This document shows, in pieces, positions 37,048 through 45,635 of a stretch of 45,635 nt of DNA (position 1 is its first letter; each line of letters starts with the position of its first letter). A program made the position numbers and the translations under genes. The notes under the pieces were generated by a model. The model had not been told where the DNA came from and searched no databases. It was given only the letters and a program-made list of their open reading frames with translations. The stretch comes from an uncultured Collinsella sp. (GTDB lineage Bacteria > Actinomycetota > Coriobacteriia > Coriobacteriales > Coriobacteriaceae): positions 1 to 45,635 of the forward strand of contig URBM01000001.1 in the NCBI GenBank assembly GCA_900545995.1, written 5' to 3'.

Positions 37048-38400
37048 ATGGCATTCAACGACTTGATCGCCCAGAAAATAAAGGACTTTGAACAGCAGGG
37101 GGTTCCGCAGGTCTTTGAGCGAGACCTTGATCTAGGAAACCCACAGGAGCCAAAGCGCGACAACATCGTAAATGTGATTGTGGGGGCCCGCCGTTGTGGA
37201 AAGACGTATCGCCTGTATCAGGAGATGCGGCGGCTTCAGAGCCGGGGCGTCGAGCTTGACCGGATGCTTTACTTCAATTTTGAGGATGAGCGCTTGCGCC
37301 CGTATGAGCCATCGCTGCTGGCGGACGTGCTCGACACGTTCTATGCGCTGTATCCTGTTGCTCGAACCGAGGGCGCTTACATTTTCTTTGACGAGATCCA
37401 GGAAATCCCCGAATGGGGTGCGTTTCTGCGGCGTGTAGTCGATACGGAGAAAGCGACCGTCTATGTGACGGGATCTTCTTCTAAGATGCTGTCCTCAGAA
37501 CTTAAGAGCGAGTTCAGGGGTCGTTCCCTTGTGCGAGAGCTTTTTCCGTTGAGTTTTTCGGAATACGTTCGATATAAGACGGGGAGCGTTCCCGAGCCAG
37601 ATGCGACCTTTTCTCCGAGCGATGCGGCGCTGCTTCGACATCATCTGATCGGGTATCTTGAACGAGGGGGATTCATCGCGACGCTTGAGCAGACGCCTGC
37701 AGACGCGATTCAGCTGCTACAGGAATATGCTTCGCGAACGGTCGCCATGGACGTCGTTGAACGTTACGACGTCAAGAACCCTCGCCTGGCATCGCTGTTC
37801 TTGACGCGGTGTATGGCATCTTCGGGACGAGAGCTGTCAGTGAACAAAGTGTACAACGAGTTCAAGGGCAGACAGATACCCGTCAGTCGTAATTCGCTCA
37901 GCGATTTACTTGAGTATTATGAGGACGCCTACCTGTTATTTTCTGTGCCGGAGTTCACGCGTTCACTGGCAAATAACATGCGGTCTGCGTCTAAGGTCTA
38001 CGCTGTCGACCCTGCGATGTTTGGAGCATTCTCTCCGGCATCGGCATTGGACCAGGGCCAGAGGCTCGAGACCGCAGTGTTCAATGCGCTAAGAAGAAAG
38101 ACTCCCGCGGTGAGGACCGGCTCGGTCTGCCGCCTGCTGATCAAAGAGAAGAGCAAAAGCCATGAGGTGGACTTTGTGGCTGGGGACGCGCTTCTCATGC
38201 GGGCTTATAGCCTGATTCAGGTGAGTGCGGATATGGCACGTGAGAAAACGCGCGAGCGCGAAATTGCCGCGCTTGATGCCTCGATGGCCCAGTTCGATCT
38301 TGGCGAGTCGGCAATCGTTACCATGGATGAACAGACCGATATTTCATGCGAGCACGGTGTGGTCCACGTTGTGCCCGCATGGAAGTGGCTCCTTGCCTAA
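37048..38400 (+). CDS. AAA+ ATPase of the AAA_14 plus DUF4143 type
   Basis: GARRCGKT Walker A, FFDEIQ Walker B, VTGSSS, GGF, KVYAVD, LE and EVDF..IQV nuclease-like tail; lower GC. Confidence 0.88.
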   Translation: MAFNDLIAQKIKDFEQQGVPQVFERDLDLGNPQEPKRDNIVNVIVGARRCGKTYRLYQEMRRLQSRGVELDRMLYFNFEDERLRPYEPSLLADVLDTFYALYPVARTEGAYIFFDEIQEIPEWGAFLRRVVDTEKATVYVTGSSSKMLSSELKSEFRGRSLVRELFPLSFSEYVRYKTGSVPEPDATFSPSDAALLRHHLIGYLERGGFIATLEQTPADAIQLLQEYASRTVAMDVVERYDVKNPRLASLFLTRCMASSGRELSVNKVYNEFKGRQIPVSRNSLSDLLEYYEDAYLLFSVPEFTRSLANNMRSASKVYAVDPAMFGAFSPASALDQGQRLETAVFNALRRKTPAVRTGSVCRLLIKEKSKSHEVDFVAGDALLMRAYSLIQVSADMAREKTREREIAALDASMAQFDLGESAIVTMDEQTDISCEHGVVHVVPAWKWLLA

Positions 38401-38473
38401 TCATCTATGGACCTGTGGGGTCAGGACCTCCTGGCTCCCTCATCACGGTTGGGGAGCACCTTGCTGCGCCAGG

Positions 38474-39970
38474 CTAGTCCTGGGCTTTGATACTCGGCAT
38501 CAGAATCTGGGCGAGGTAGTCGGTCTCGAGTTTGGCGGCGGCGTCGGCCTTGCCGTCTTTGCCGACCAGCACGTTCTTGATCTGGCTATAGGTATAGCGG
38601 TTGCCGGTCGTAAGCTCGACAAGCTCAATGGCCGTGTCCATGGGGTAGGTTGACACGGGGTTCTGCGTCTGTCCGTTGATGGTCTGGGGCACCACGTACG
38701 GATAGACGGGGCCGCTGGCGTAGACGGTATAACCGTTGCCTAGATTGGCCGCGCCCAAAACCGTATCGCCTTCATCGGGCGTAAAGCTCTCGCCCTCGCG
38801 CACCGCGACGAGCGTCACGAGCGGCGTATTGGCGTCGTCGCCCAGATAGATGCATAGCGTGCTTCCGTTTTGCCAAGTTGCGACCTTGCCGTACCACTCG
38901 ACGGGAATATCGAGCTGGTAGAGGTCGGTTGCCTTGTGGCGAGCGTCAGCATCACGGGACGCCTGTGCCTTTTGCGCGCTCACGGCATTGACGGCGGCGT
39001 CGCGCCGCGCGGTTGCTGCCTGCTGGAGCACTTTGGCAGCCGCGGCGGAGCTTGCACCGCCCTCCTCGGCATACTTGGCGGCGGCATCGATCTGGTCGTC
39101 AGTCACCGTGTCGGCCGAAGGCACCTTGAGCTTAAAGGTGGCCTGGGCACTTAAATCCTGTCCATCGCTCTTAACGGTGACCTGCGTCTTGGTGGTCGGG
39201 ACGGTATAGATGGTGCCGTCGGCCGCGATGGGGGAGGCAGCGATGGAGAGCGTGTAATCGCCGGGCAGCAGTTTGATGCCGCGGCCGTGCTCGTCAACAT
39301 AGAGCGTTTCGCTCACGGAGGAGCCGTCAGAATCCTGACCGCTCACCTGTACGGGAATCTTGGAGCCAGTGGAACAGTCGAGGCCCGCGGCATGCGCGCC
39401 AATCTGCACCGACATCATCGTGTGGGCATTGGCGGCGACAGCGGCAGCCTGCTCTTGCTGATATCCGTTCCAGGCAGCATAGCCTGCACCGCCGGCGACG
39501 AGCGCGACGGCCACGACACCGGCGACCATCAGATTGCGGCGCTTGGGCGACATCTTGCGATGGCGGACCTCGGCCTCGCGTGCCGAGGGAACGGACGGCA
39601 GGGGAATATCGCCCATGGCGATGGTCTCGTCCACGGCAGGAGCGGAGCCCAGGCCGGGAAGCTCGCGGGTCAGCGAATCTTCGGCCGGCAAGCTGTCGAG
39701 CAAGATGGTTTCCTCGCTCGTGTCGGATTCGGGCTGGTCGTCGGCCTCGCATTCGGTGTCTTCGTGATCTGCCTCATCTTCGGCAGGCTCAACGTCGTCT
39801 GCATCCTGATCATCGGACTGCGCCTCGGCTTCCGACTCATCCTGCACATCAACGCCCGAATCGTCAAACGCAATCTCATCAAGTGAAATCCGGTCTAGGC
39901 TCTCCAGGGCTTCGGCACACGCTTCTGCATCTTGGGCCGCATCCTCTTGGCCCATCGTCTCATCATTCAT
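38474..39970 (-). CDS. Hypothetical single-pass membrane protein (acidic N-terminus, extracellular domain)
   Basis: D/E-rich N-terminus, RRNL followed by a TM helix, then a beta-rich domain; GGGGG RBS-like run before ATG 39970. Confidence 0.75.
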   Translation of the reverse strand: MNDETMGQEDAAQDAEACAEALESLDRISLDEIAFDDSGVDVQDESEAEAQSDDQDADDVEPAEDEADHEDTECEADDQPESDTSEETILLDSLPAEDSLTRELPGLGSAPAVDETIAMGDIPLPSVPSAREAEVRHRKMSPKRRNLMVAGVVAVALVAGGAGYAAWNGYQQEQAAAVAANAHTMMSVQIGAHAAGLDCSTGSKIPVQVSGQDSDGSSVSETLYVDEHGRGIKLLPGDYTLSIAASPIAADGTIYTVPTTKTQVTVKSDGQDLSAQATFKLKVPSADTVTDDQIDAAAKYAEEGGASSAAAAKVLQQAATARRDAAVNAVSAQKAQASRDADARHKATDLYQLDIPVEWYGKVATWQNGSTLCIYLGDDANTPLVTLVAVREGESFTPDEGDTVLGAANLGNGYTVYASGPVYPYVVPQTINGQTQNPVSTYPMDTAIELVELTTGNRYTYSQIKNVLVGKDGKADAAAKLETDYLAQILMPSIKAQD

Positions 39971-40102
39971 ACATCCCCCAAGCTCAATATCGGGACAACA
40001 CTGTACCCAAAAACGGGACCCCATAGAGCCGCCGCATGATTTGAAATCCGATTTTATATGTGCGCGTGTTTTTGAATAGATGATGATTAGAGACGCAACG
40101 AC

Positions 40103-40142
40103 AAAAGCCCCCGGAAAGCGAGTGAAACGCTTTCCGGGGGCT
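40103..40142 (-). terminator. Intrinsic terminator after the DUF5692-like gene
   Basis: 15-bp perfect stem followed by TTTT on the minus strand. Confidence 0.75.
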
Positions 40143-40209
40143 CTGCGAGACATTGGATTGAAAATCTGGCAGGCGGGCCTATGCCCAGGTGCCAACAGCG
40201 ACCAACATG

Positions 40210-41217
40210 TTACTCGGCGTGTGCGTAATCCACCTTGGCGCGGCGGGCGGTGGCCTTCTCCCAATCGCTGGTGCCCTCAAAGACATCCTGCTTGTAGGGG
40301 TTGCGGCCGAGCTTCTTGGCGCGGTAGGCGATGTAGATGATCGCGGCGACGTTGGCGATCAGTGCGGCGATCGAGACCGCGGTAGCGGCGCCGGGGTCGA
40401 GCGTGGAGTGGGTCACAAAGACGGACTCCTCCTGGAAGTACGGGAACACCTGGGCAAACATGCACCAAATGGCCAGCGTAAAGGCGCGGTTCTGGATCCA
40501 GCCGCCCTTGTTCCAGATAAAGGCGGCGACGGTGGGCGCCAGCAGCAGCGCAAAGCCGCAGAACCAGGAGTGGGTGGGCAGGCAGTTGTAGGTGTAGCAG
40601 AAGTTCCAGATATCGTAGGCGATGATGTAGACCCAGGTCATGTCGGGCCACAGCATGTCGGTCTGATCCTCGGAGGCGTAGACGCTCCACCAACCGGTCA
40701 TGCAGAAGATGTTGATGATACCGGCGATGCCGTTGAACACGTTGTTCCAGCCGGCAAGCTGCGTGGCACCCTCGGAGGTGACCCAGGTGGACTGGCCCAG
40801 GACAAAGAAGTGATAAGCGCTCTCAAAGTCGGACACGACGGCGATCATGATGTTGATGGCGACGATCACAAACGGCCATGCGCGGAACCAATGCGCCTTG
40901 CCGATCCTCCCCCACTGGTACTTAATGGCAATGAAGCCCCAGCAACCGGCCAGCGCCGCGTATACCTTGGCGTAGTGGAACCAGCTGTTCTGGTACACGT
41001 GGGTGGGGTTGGTGAGCGCCCACTCGGCACCCTGCGAAACGCCGACGGCGATGGCGACGCAGTAGATGGTCATGGCCAGCGGAGCCACGCCAAAGATGAT
41101 TGCCGCGCCCAGCTTGGTGCGGCGGCCGACCTCGTTGAGCACGATGAGGCCAATAAAGACCATGGCCCAGCCGGCCCAGTGGATAAGGGTATCGCTACCC
41201 CAAACATCGAACAGCAT
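40210..41217 (-). CDS. Integral membrane protein, DUF5692-like
   Basis: Trp-rich polytopic protein with WFHYAKVY, DMLWPDMTW, YDIWNF and WIQNRA motifs; AAAGGAG RBS. Family assignment is from memory. Confidence 0.7.
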   Translation of the reverse strand: MLFDVWGSDTLIHWAGWAMVFIGLIVLNEVGRRTKLGAAIIFGVAPLAMTIYCVAIAVGVSQGAEWALTNPTHVYQNSWFHYAKVYAALAGCWGFIAIKYQWGRIGKAHWFRAWPFVIVAINIMIAVVSDFESAYHFFVLGQSTWVTSEGATQLAGWNNVFNGIAGIINIFCMTGWWSVYASEDQTDMLWPDMTWVYIIAYDIWNFCYTYNCLPTHSWFCGFALLLAPTVAAFIWNKGGWIQNRAFTLAIWCMFAQVFPYFQEESVFVTHSTLDPGAATAVSIAALIANVAAIIYIAYRAKKLGRNPYKQDVFEGTSDWEKATARRAKVDYAHAE

Positions 41218-41280
41218 GCTGCTCTCCTTTCACACGCCCGCGGCCCCTCTTCCGATCGCGGGCAGTTTGGCCAAATGTCG

Positions 41281-41943
41281 TCAGTCCTGGGGCTTGCGCT
41301 CCGGATACTTGGCGGTATAGCCCTCGATGTGGAGTGTCGAGGCGATGATTTCCTTGACCGTCTCGTCGGGCACATCGGGGTGCGTGCGGATATACATCAA
41401 CAACCCCATGATGAGGGTGTAGAACGTCTCGTAGACATGGTCGATGCGTAGCTCATGATGGGCGACAAAGTCCACCACGGTGGTGTCGCAGATGTATTGC
41501 GCCACGCGCTGGACCACGTTGTGCAAAAAACCGCCGTAGAGCGCGCCACTGCTTGAGGTGAGCGTACTCGGCAGCTCGTGGCCGCTGGCGACCAGACGCT
41601 TAAAGAGCGGGGCGACGGTGTCGAGCGCGCCCTCGATATCGCCAACGGTGCGGCTGGCATTCCACTGCTCGAGCTCGGAGATAAAACCGTCGATTGCCTC
41701 GTCCATGACGGCGGTGACGGCGGCGTCCATATCGGCAAAGTAGTGGTAGAACAGCGAGCGCGTGCAGCCGGCTCGCTTGGTCACGGCCGAGACGGATAGA
41801 TGCGACACGCCCAGCTCGGAGCTCACGGTGCGCACGGCGGCGAGAATCTCGCGACGGCGCTCGTCGCCCGTCAGGCGCTTTGCCGCGCTGTCGGGCGCGG
41901 GGACGGCGTCGGCCACAGAAGTGTTCGCTGCATTATCGCTCAT
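41281..41943 (-). CDS. TetR/AcrR-family regulator
   Basis: SVSAVTKRAGCTRSLFYHYF HTH. Confidence 0.9.
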   Translation of the reverse strand: MSDNAANTSVADAVPAPDSAAKRLTGDERRREILAAVRTVSSELGVSHLSVSAVTKRAGCTRSLFYHYFADMDAAVTAVMDEAIDGFISELEQWNASRTVGDIEGALDTVAPLFKRLVASGHELPSTLTSSSGALYGGFLHNVVQRVAQYICDTTVVDFVAHHELRIDHVYETFYTLIMGLLMYIRTHPDVPDETVKEIIASTLHIEGYTAKYPERKPQD

Positions 41944-42002
41944 GCGCTTGCCGCCTTTCATCCGTTTGAGCCCGACCGTTCGCCTAACAGTCTTGAATAT
42001 TG

Positions 42003-42040
42003 TTGACGGTTCGTCAATACTATTTTTGACACAATGTCAA
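42003..42040. promoter_or_regulatory. Two TTGAC-N5-GTCAA palindromes in the divergent promoter (likely TetR operators)
   Basis: TTGACGGTTCGTCAA (42003-42017) and TTGACACAATGTCAA (42026-42040). Confidence 0.7.
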
Positions 42041-42133
42041 CTAATGGCGGGTGAACGGCATGGGGGCATGTCCGGCCTGCAAAAAAGAGGGGTGCTGCGG
42101 CCTCGTCGGACTGCGGCAAGAGAAGGGACAACC

Positions 42134-44911
42134 ATGATTCTCAATGGACCGGGAATTAGCTACACCGAGCCCGACATCGGTTCGGAGTTCGTGCCGCCGC
42201 TGCCGGAACATCCGCGCGAGGCAATCGTCAAGCTGTGCGAGCACTGCACTAACCGTCTGCTGCATCGCGACGAGCTGCTGGGCTACGAGTACTGGTCGTT
42301 TGCCGAGGCCGCGACCGACGAGCAGGCCGAGGTGCTCTGCAAGATGAAGATGCGTCGTCCCTACACGCTGCCCGAGATGGTCAAGCTCACCGGCATGCCC
42401 GAGGCCCAGATTGAGAAGATGCTCGACGACATGAGCTACACGGGTCTGCTCGAGTACAACTGGGAAAATCCCGAGCGCGCCAAGCAGTGGGTGCTGCCCA
42501 TGCTGGTACCGGGTTCCGCCGAGTTCCTCAACATGCGCTTGAGTCAGCTCGAGGAGCATCCGGTCTATGCCAAGTTCTTTGAGCAGGCGTCCAAGGGGCC
42601 GCTGTCCAAAGCCACGCCGATGGTGCCGCCCGGAGGCGCCGGTATCGGCATGCACGTCATTCCGGTCGAGAAGGCTATCGATGCTTCGAGCACCTCGGTG
42701 CCGATTGAGCATATCGAGCATTGGCTCGACAAATACGAGGGCAAGTATGCCGCCAGCACCTGCAGCTGCCGCGCGAGCCGTCGTGTGATGGGCGAGGGTT
42801 GCGCCGACGACCCGGCCGACTGGTGCATTGCCGTGGGTGATATGGCCGACTATGTGGTTGAGACCGACCGCGGCCACTATGTGACGCGCGAGGAAGTCTA
42901 CGACATTTTGCGCCAGGCCGAGGACAACGGCTTTGTGCACCAGATCACCAATATCGACGGCGAGAACAAGATCTTCGCCATCTGCAACTGCAACGTCAAC
43001 GTGTGCTACGCCCTGCGCACCTCGCAGCTGTTCAACACGCCCAACCTGTCGCGCTCGGCCTATGTCGCCAAGGTCGAGAAGGACAAATGCGTGGCTTGCG
43101 GTCGCTGCGTTGAGGTGTGTCCGGCCGGCGCCGCCAAGCTGGGCCAGAAGCTCTGCAGCAAAAAGGCCGGCGGACGGGTGCCCGAGTATCCGCGCCAGGA
43201 GTTGCCCGATGCCACCAAGTGGGACCACACCAAGTGGTCGCCCAACTACCGCAACGACAACCGTATCGAGACGCATGAGTCCGGCACCGCTCCCTGCAAG
43301 ACGGCCTGTCCCGCGCACGTTGCCGTTCAAGGCTATCTGAAGCTCGCGGCGCAGGGCCGCTATGACGAGGCGCTGGCGCTCATCAAGCGCGAGAACCCGC
43401 TGCCCGCTATCTGCGGCCGCGTGTGCAACCGCCGCTGCGAGGACGCCTGCACCCGTGGTCGCGTGGATGCCGCCGTGGCTATCGACGAGGTCAAGAAGTT
43501 CATCGCCCAGCGCGATCTGGATGCCGCGACCCGCTATGTCCCGCCCGTGGTGACGCCGACGCGTGCCGGCGGCTTCGACCAGAAGATCGCCATTATCGGT
43601 GCCGGCCCGGCCGGTCTGTCCTGCGCCTTCTATCTGGCCGAGAAGGGCTGCAAGCCCGTCGTGTTCGAGAAAAACGAGCGCCCGGGCGGCATGCTCACTT
43701 ACGGTATTCCCAGCTTTAAGCTGGAAAAGGACGTTATCGAGGCCGAGGTTGAGGTCATTCGCCTGATGGGCGCCGAGTTCCGCTATGGCGTTGAGGTCGG
43801 TCGCGATGTGACGCTCGACGAGCTGCGCGAGCAGGGCTTTAAGGCCTTTTATGTTGCCATCGGCTGTCAGGGCAGCCGCCTCGCCGGTATTCCGGGCGAG
43901 GATGCCGAGGACGTGACCGTGGCCGTCGACTTTTTGCGCGAGGTCAACAGTGGCAAGATCGACGCGCTGCCCGGCCGCACCATCGTGGTGGGCGGCGGCA
44001 ACGTTGCTATCGATGTCGCGCGCAACGCCTGCCGTCTGGGCTCCGAGCACGTTGAGATGTTCTGCCTGGAGAGCGAGGCCCGGATGCCCGCTAGCGAGGA
44101 AGAGCGTCGCGAGGCCGTTGAGGACGGTGCGCACATCAGCTGCGGTTGGGGCCCCAAGGAGGTCCATCTGGACGAGGCCGGCCATGTGTGCGGTATCACC
44201 TTCAAGCGCTGCACGCGTGTCTTTGACGACGAGGGCCGTTTTGCGCCCGAGTACGATGAGAACGATCTGCGTCGTGTCGACGCCGACCGCGTCGTCATGT
44301 CGATTGGCCAGTCCATTGTGTGGGGCGACTTGCTGGCTGGCTCCAAGGTAGAGCTCGGCCGCGGGCAGGGTGCTCTTGCCGACCCCCAGACCTACCAGAC
44401 CGCCGAGCCCGACATCTTTGTGGGCGGCGACGTCTACACCGGTCCGAGCTTTGCCATCGACGCCATCGCCGCCGGTCACGAGGCCGCCGTGTCCATCCAT
44501 CGCTTTGTGCAGCCGGGATCCACGCTCACCATCGGCCGCAATCAGCGTCGCTACACCGCGCTCGACCGCGACGATGTCGTGATTGAGAGCTATGACAACG
44601 CGAGCCGCGAGGTGGCGCATGTCGATCGCGACCGCGAGAAGGCTGCGCCCTTTAGCGAGTATGTCGAGACCTTTACCGAAGAGCAGGTACGCGCCGAGAC
44701 CGCCCGCTGCCTGGGCTGCGGCGCCTCGATCGTCGATCCCAACAAGTGCATCGGCTGCGGTCTGTGCACTACCAAGTGCGCGTTCGATGCCATCCACCTG
44801 GATCGCGATCGCCCCGAGTGCTCCACGATGGTCAAATACGAGCAAAAGCTCCCAAGCCTCGGCAAGTACGCATTGAAGCGTGCAATTAAGATCAAATTTG
44901 GGAAGAAGTAG
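42134..44911 (+). CDS. Large Fe-S flavoprotein oxidoreductase (Cys-rich N-domain, ferredoxin motif, GltD-like core, C-terminal ferredoxin)
   Basis: CVACGRCVEVCP, CKTACP..CGRVC..CEDAC, GAGPAG, GGGNVA and CLGC..CIGCGLCTTKC; AAGGGA RBS before ATG 42134. Confidence 0.88.
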   Translation: MILNGPGISYTEPDIGSEFVPPLPEHPREAIVKLCEHCTNRLLHRDELLGYEYWSFAEAATDEQAEVLCKMKMRRPYTLPEMVKLTGMPEAQIEKMLDDMSYTGLLEYNWENPERAKQWVLPMLVPGSAEFLNMRLSQLEEHPVYAKFFEQASKGPLSKATPMVPPGGAGIGMHVIPVEKAIDASSTSVPIEHIEHWLDKYEGKYAASTCSCRASRRVMGEGCADDPADWCIAVGDMADYVVETDRGHYVTREEVYDILRQAEDNGFVHQITNIDGENKIFAICNCNVNVCYALRTSQLFNTPNLSRSAYVAKVEKDKCVACGRCVEVCPAGAAKLGQKLCSKKAGGRVPEYPRQELPDATKWDHTKWSPNYRNDNRIETHESGTAPCKTACPAHVAVQGYLKLAAQGRYDEALALIKRENPLPAICGRVCNRRCEDACTRGRVDAAVAIDEVKKFIAQRDLDAATRYVPPVVTPTRAGGFDQKIAIIGAGPAGLSCAFYLAEKGCKPVVFEKNERPGGMLTYGIPSFKLEKDVIEAEVEVIRLMGAEFRYGVEVGRDVTLDELREQGFKAFYVAIGCQGSRLAGIPGEDAEDVTVAVDFLREVNSGKIDALPGRTIVVGGGNVAIDVARNACRLGSEHVEMFCLESEARMPASEEERREAVEDGAHISCGWGPKEVHLDEAGHVCGITFKRCTRVFDDEGRFAPEYDENDLRRVDADRVVMSIGQSIVWGDLLAGSKVELGRGQGALADPQTYQTAEPDIFVGGDVYTGPSFAIDAIAAGHEAAVSIHRFVQPGSTLTIGRNQRRYTALDRDDVVIESYDNASREVAHVDRDREKAAPFSEYVETFTEEQVRAETARCLGCGASIVDPNKCIGCGLCTTKCAFDAIHLDRDRPECSTMVKYEQKLPSLGKYALKRAIKIKFGKK

Positions 44912-45063
44912 TTAGGTTCCGCCGTTCTGACGAACGGCGGCACTGCCGACGCTGCGCGGCGCCCAGGTACCCCATCTTGCCCCTCAACTTCGGCGCCGCG
45001 GGCAAAAGCCCAGCGGACGCCTTGTTTCGGGGCAACCTGGGGCACCTGGATCGCCGCTCGCTG
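44909..45063. repeat. Family S variant between the oxidoreductase and hypA
   Basis: TAG, hairpin CCGCCGTTC/GAACGGCGG, then GCCGACGCTGCGCGGCGCCCAGG...CCTGGATCGCCGCTCGCTG. Confidence 0.7.
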
Positions 45064-45108
45064 ATATTGGATTGACATCGTATCAACCGCTGCAGAAGGG
45101 TTTTCGCC

Positions 45109-45537
45109 TTGCATGAATTGGGAATCGTCTATCACATCATTCGCGATGTCGAGAATGTGGCGCGCGCCAATGGCGTGAGTCGCGTTTCGAGCGTCACGCT
45201 GCTGCTGGGCGAGGTCTCGGGCGTCGTTCCCGACTTGCTGCTCGACGCTTGGCGCTGGGCGGCAGATAAAAAGTCCATCACGCAAGGTGCGGAGCTTATT
45301 GTGGAGCCTGTCGAGGCCGTGACGCATTGCGAGGCGTGCGGCCGCGACTATGCGACCGTCGAGCATGGCAAGACCTGCCCCCATTGCGGCAGCGGCGAAA
45401 CATACCTGCTGCAGGGCCAGGAGGTCATGATCAAGCAGATCGAGACCCCCGATGAGGAACCGGCAGACGCTGTCCCCGATGGCCCTTCCGACGTCCCCGA
45501 CGCCGTCGACGCCGCCAACCCCCTCCACATCGCCTAG
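45109..45537 (+). CDS. hypA: Nickel metallochaperone HypA
   Basis: MHE N-terminus (TTG start), GEVSGV, two CxxC pairs. Confidence 0.92.
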   Translation: MHELGIVYHIIRDVENVARANGVSRVSSVTLLLGEVSGVVPDLLLDAWRWAADKKSITQGAELIVEPVEAVTHCEACGRDYATVEHGKTCPHCGSGETYLLQGQEVMIKQIETPDEEPADAVPDGPSDVPDAVDAANPLHIA

Positions 45538-45635
45538 GATTCCCTATAAGTTGCGGTGAAATAGTTCCTAAATTCAGCCTTGGGGGTGCGGACGATTTCT
45601 TGGACCGCGCCTAGGCGTATCCAAGCTTCCTGCGG

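Noticed and set aside
41762..42133. Upstream extension of the oxidoreductase ORF (similarly for EIIA, lipoprotein, hydratase and 38474-40264)
   Set aside because: These extensions overlap other genes, promoters, repeats or terminators; the downstream starts have proper RBSs.
42041..44845. Long antisense ORFs (also 1327-3129, 26689-28530, 29450-31531, 33779-35476)
   Set aside because: Each lies opposite a well-supported gene and reflects stop-codon scarcity at high GC.

Overview
GC-rich actinobacterial chromosome segment. Gene content (multi-TM LuxR, dnaK-grpE-dnaJ-hspR, clpB) suggests Coriobacteriia, probably Collinsella-like; this is an inference. Housekeeping and metabolic loci: Mg2+ P-type ATPase (apparently with an in-frame deletion), pyrE, RpiR regulator, PTS EIIA, lipoprotein, HAD phosphatase, a small-protein/nikR/hypF/hypC/hypD/hypE cluster, trxA, a UDG-like protein, a LytTR/GHKL pair, nadABC-niaR with its operator, ferredoxin, heat-shock genes, YbhJ-like hydratase, an AAA+ ATPase, and a DUF5692-like/TetR/Fe-S flavoprotein/hypA locus. 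The intergenic DNA carries the most unusual signals. (1) A damaged IS110 element (8172-9303, minus strand) keeps a non-coding end that reads as a bridge RNA: its guide segments match both the actual insertion site (a host GTTGGGGACGTTC repeat) and the element's own circle junction, and that junction rebuilds a TTGACA-N17-TACAGT promoter. (2) At least five families of palindromic repeats, including a ~200-nt element with compensatory base changes that starts at TAG stop codons, and short arrays with 62-bp and 80-bp periods. (3) A variant HspR-type operator shared by dnaK and clpB, and a candidate leader peptide before mgtA. No rRNA, tRNA or CRISPR array was seen. All calls were made by eye; no searches were run.
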